Origin: Tubulanus polymorphus | Taxonomy: Eukaryota > Animalia > Nemertea | NCBI RefSeq assembly: GCF_964204645.1 | Contig: NC_134032.1 | Coordinates: 14,744,275 to 14,808,274 of the forward strand | Length of the DNA: 64,000 nucleotides | Direction of reading: 5' to 3' | In this document: positions 63,116-64,000 of the stretch, in pieces | Layout of the letters: the number at the start of each line of letters is the position of its first letter | Position numbering within the stretch: position 1 is the stretch's first letter | The notes under the pieces: model-generated | The model's input: only the letters and a program-made list of their open reading frames with translations | The model's database searches: none | Told to the model about the DNA's origin: nothing | Program-made: the position numbers and the translations under genes

Positions 63116-64000
63116 TTTAGAACATAAAAGTTCTTTTTCTATAATCCTGTCATCAGATTTTGAATACTAGTTCAGCATCAACAGTTATGTCTGTTAGATT
63201 TGAATCTGAATGGTTGATTTTTGAATTTATGGACGTCCCTAGGAGTTAATTCGGTCGTGGATTTTTTTTACCATAATGTTCATCATTGTTTATTCGAAAT
63301 AAAAAAAAAAAAATGCAGATGTCATGCAAATCAAAGAATTATTTTACCCTGGGTCTACAAATGAACCCGGGTTTTTTTTTTATACCAGGGTATAAGTCAC
63401 GTCCAATAAAACATGTTCAATAATTCATGTGAAAAACTAGATTATCATGTGAACCATATTGCAAAGAGAATTGGAAATCTCCTATGAAACACTGCAGGTA
63501 TGGATCGGTATAGGCTAGTGAAATGTGAGGTATATTGCTAAGTCATAATAATTACAGTTCAATTAACTGGAATGAAGTCAGGTAATACCATACACCGAGC
63601 GAGAATCACTCTCCTCCTCACGAACTCTGTGTACCTCCTCGCGAACTACTTGTTCCTCGCAAACTCCTTGTTCCTCGCGAACTCCCTGCTCCTCCTCCAC
63701 ATGCACTCCCTGCACTTCTCTCCCCTCCCTATGAACTGTTGATGCTCTTCTATGTAGATTTTATCTAATAATCATCGTGTTTTTCATTTGACACAAGTTC
63801 ATTGATTTTTCTCTTCACTCTGATTTTCTGATTCATATATCATCATCACGCTCTCCCTCTCCCTGTCCCTCTCCCTCTCCCCTCTCCCTCTCCCTGTCCC
63901 TCTCCCCGTCTCCCCCCTCTCCTCCCTCTCCTCTCCCCTCTCCCCCCAATTTCAACCAACTTAAGACTAATTAATTAGGTTTATTAGAAACATGGCAGAC

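Overview
AT-rich, intron-rich animal (invertebrate-like) genomic DNA, not prokaryotic; most ORF-track entries are spurious. Five spliced loci were reconstructed by hand from GT-AG sites and homology recalled from memory: (1) the 3' five exons of MTHFSD (+, 5563-9179); (2) an unprocessed TXNL1 pseudogene (+, 13929-17453) with a destroyed CGPC motif, stops and frameshifts; (3) an intact RPS8 (-, 35589-40177) with a TOP motif, two SNORD46-like C/D snoRNAs and two or three H/ACA-type RNAs in its introns; (4) a divergently transcribed CD20/MS4A-like four-TM gene (+, 41250-45979); (5) an intact 12-exon kynureninase KYNU (+, 51010-58914). Between 18.5 and 33 kb lies a large repetitive block: a 22-unit intron+exon tandem array followed by decayed ~600-bp repeats. 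Its last ~4.9 kb is duplicated at the window start. The most unusual structures are two arrays of 11 x 69-nt minimal Penelope-type hammerhead ribozymes, a ~20-fold tandem amplification of a functional 3' splice site where only the last copy keeps the reading frame, the amplified exon-intron module, and a MITE that captured 231 bp of nearby DNA. Many MITEs, a tRNA-SINE and LINE fragments fill the introns. No database searches were run.
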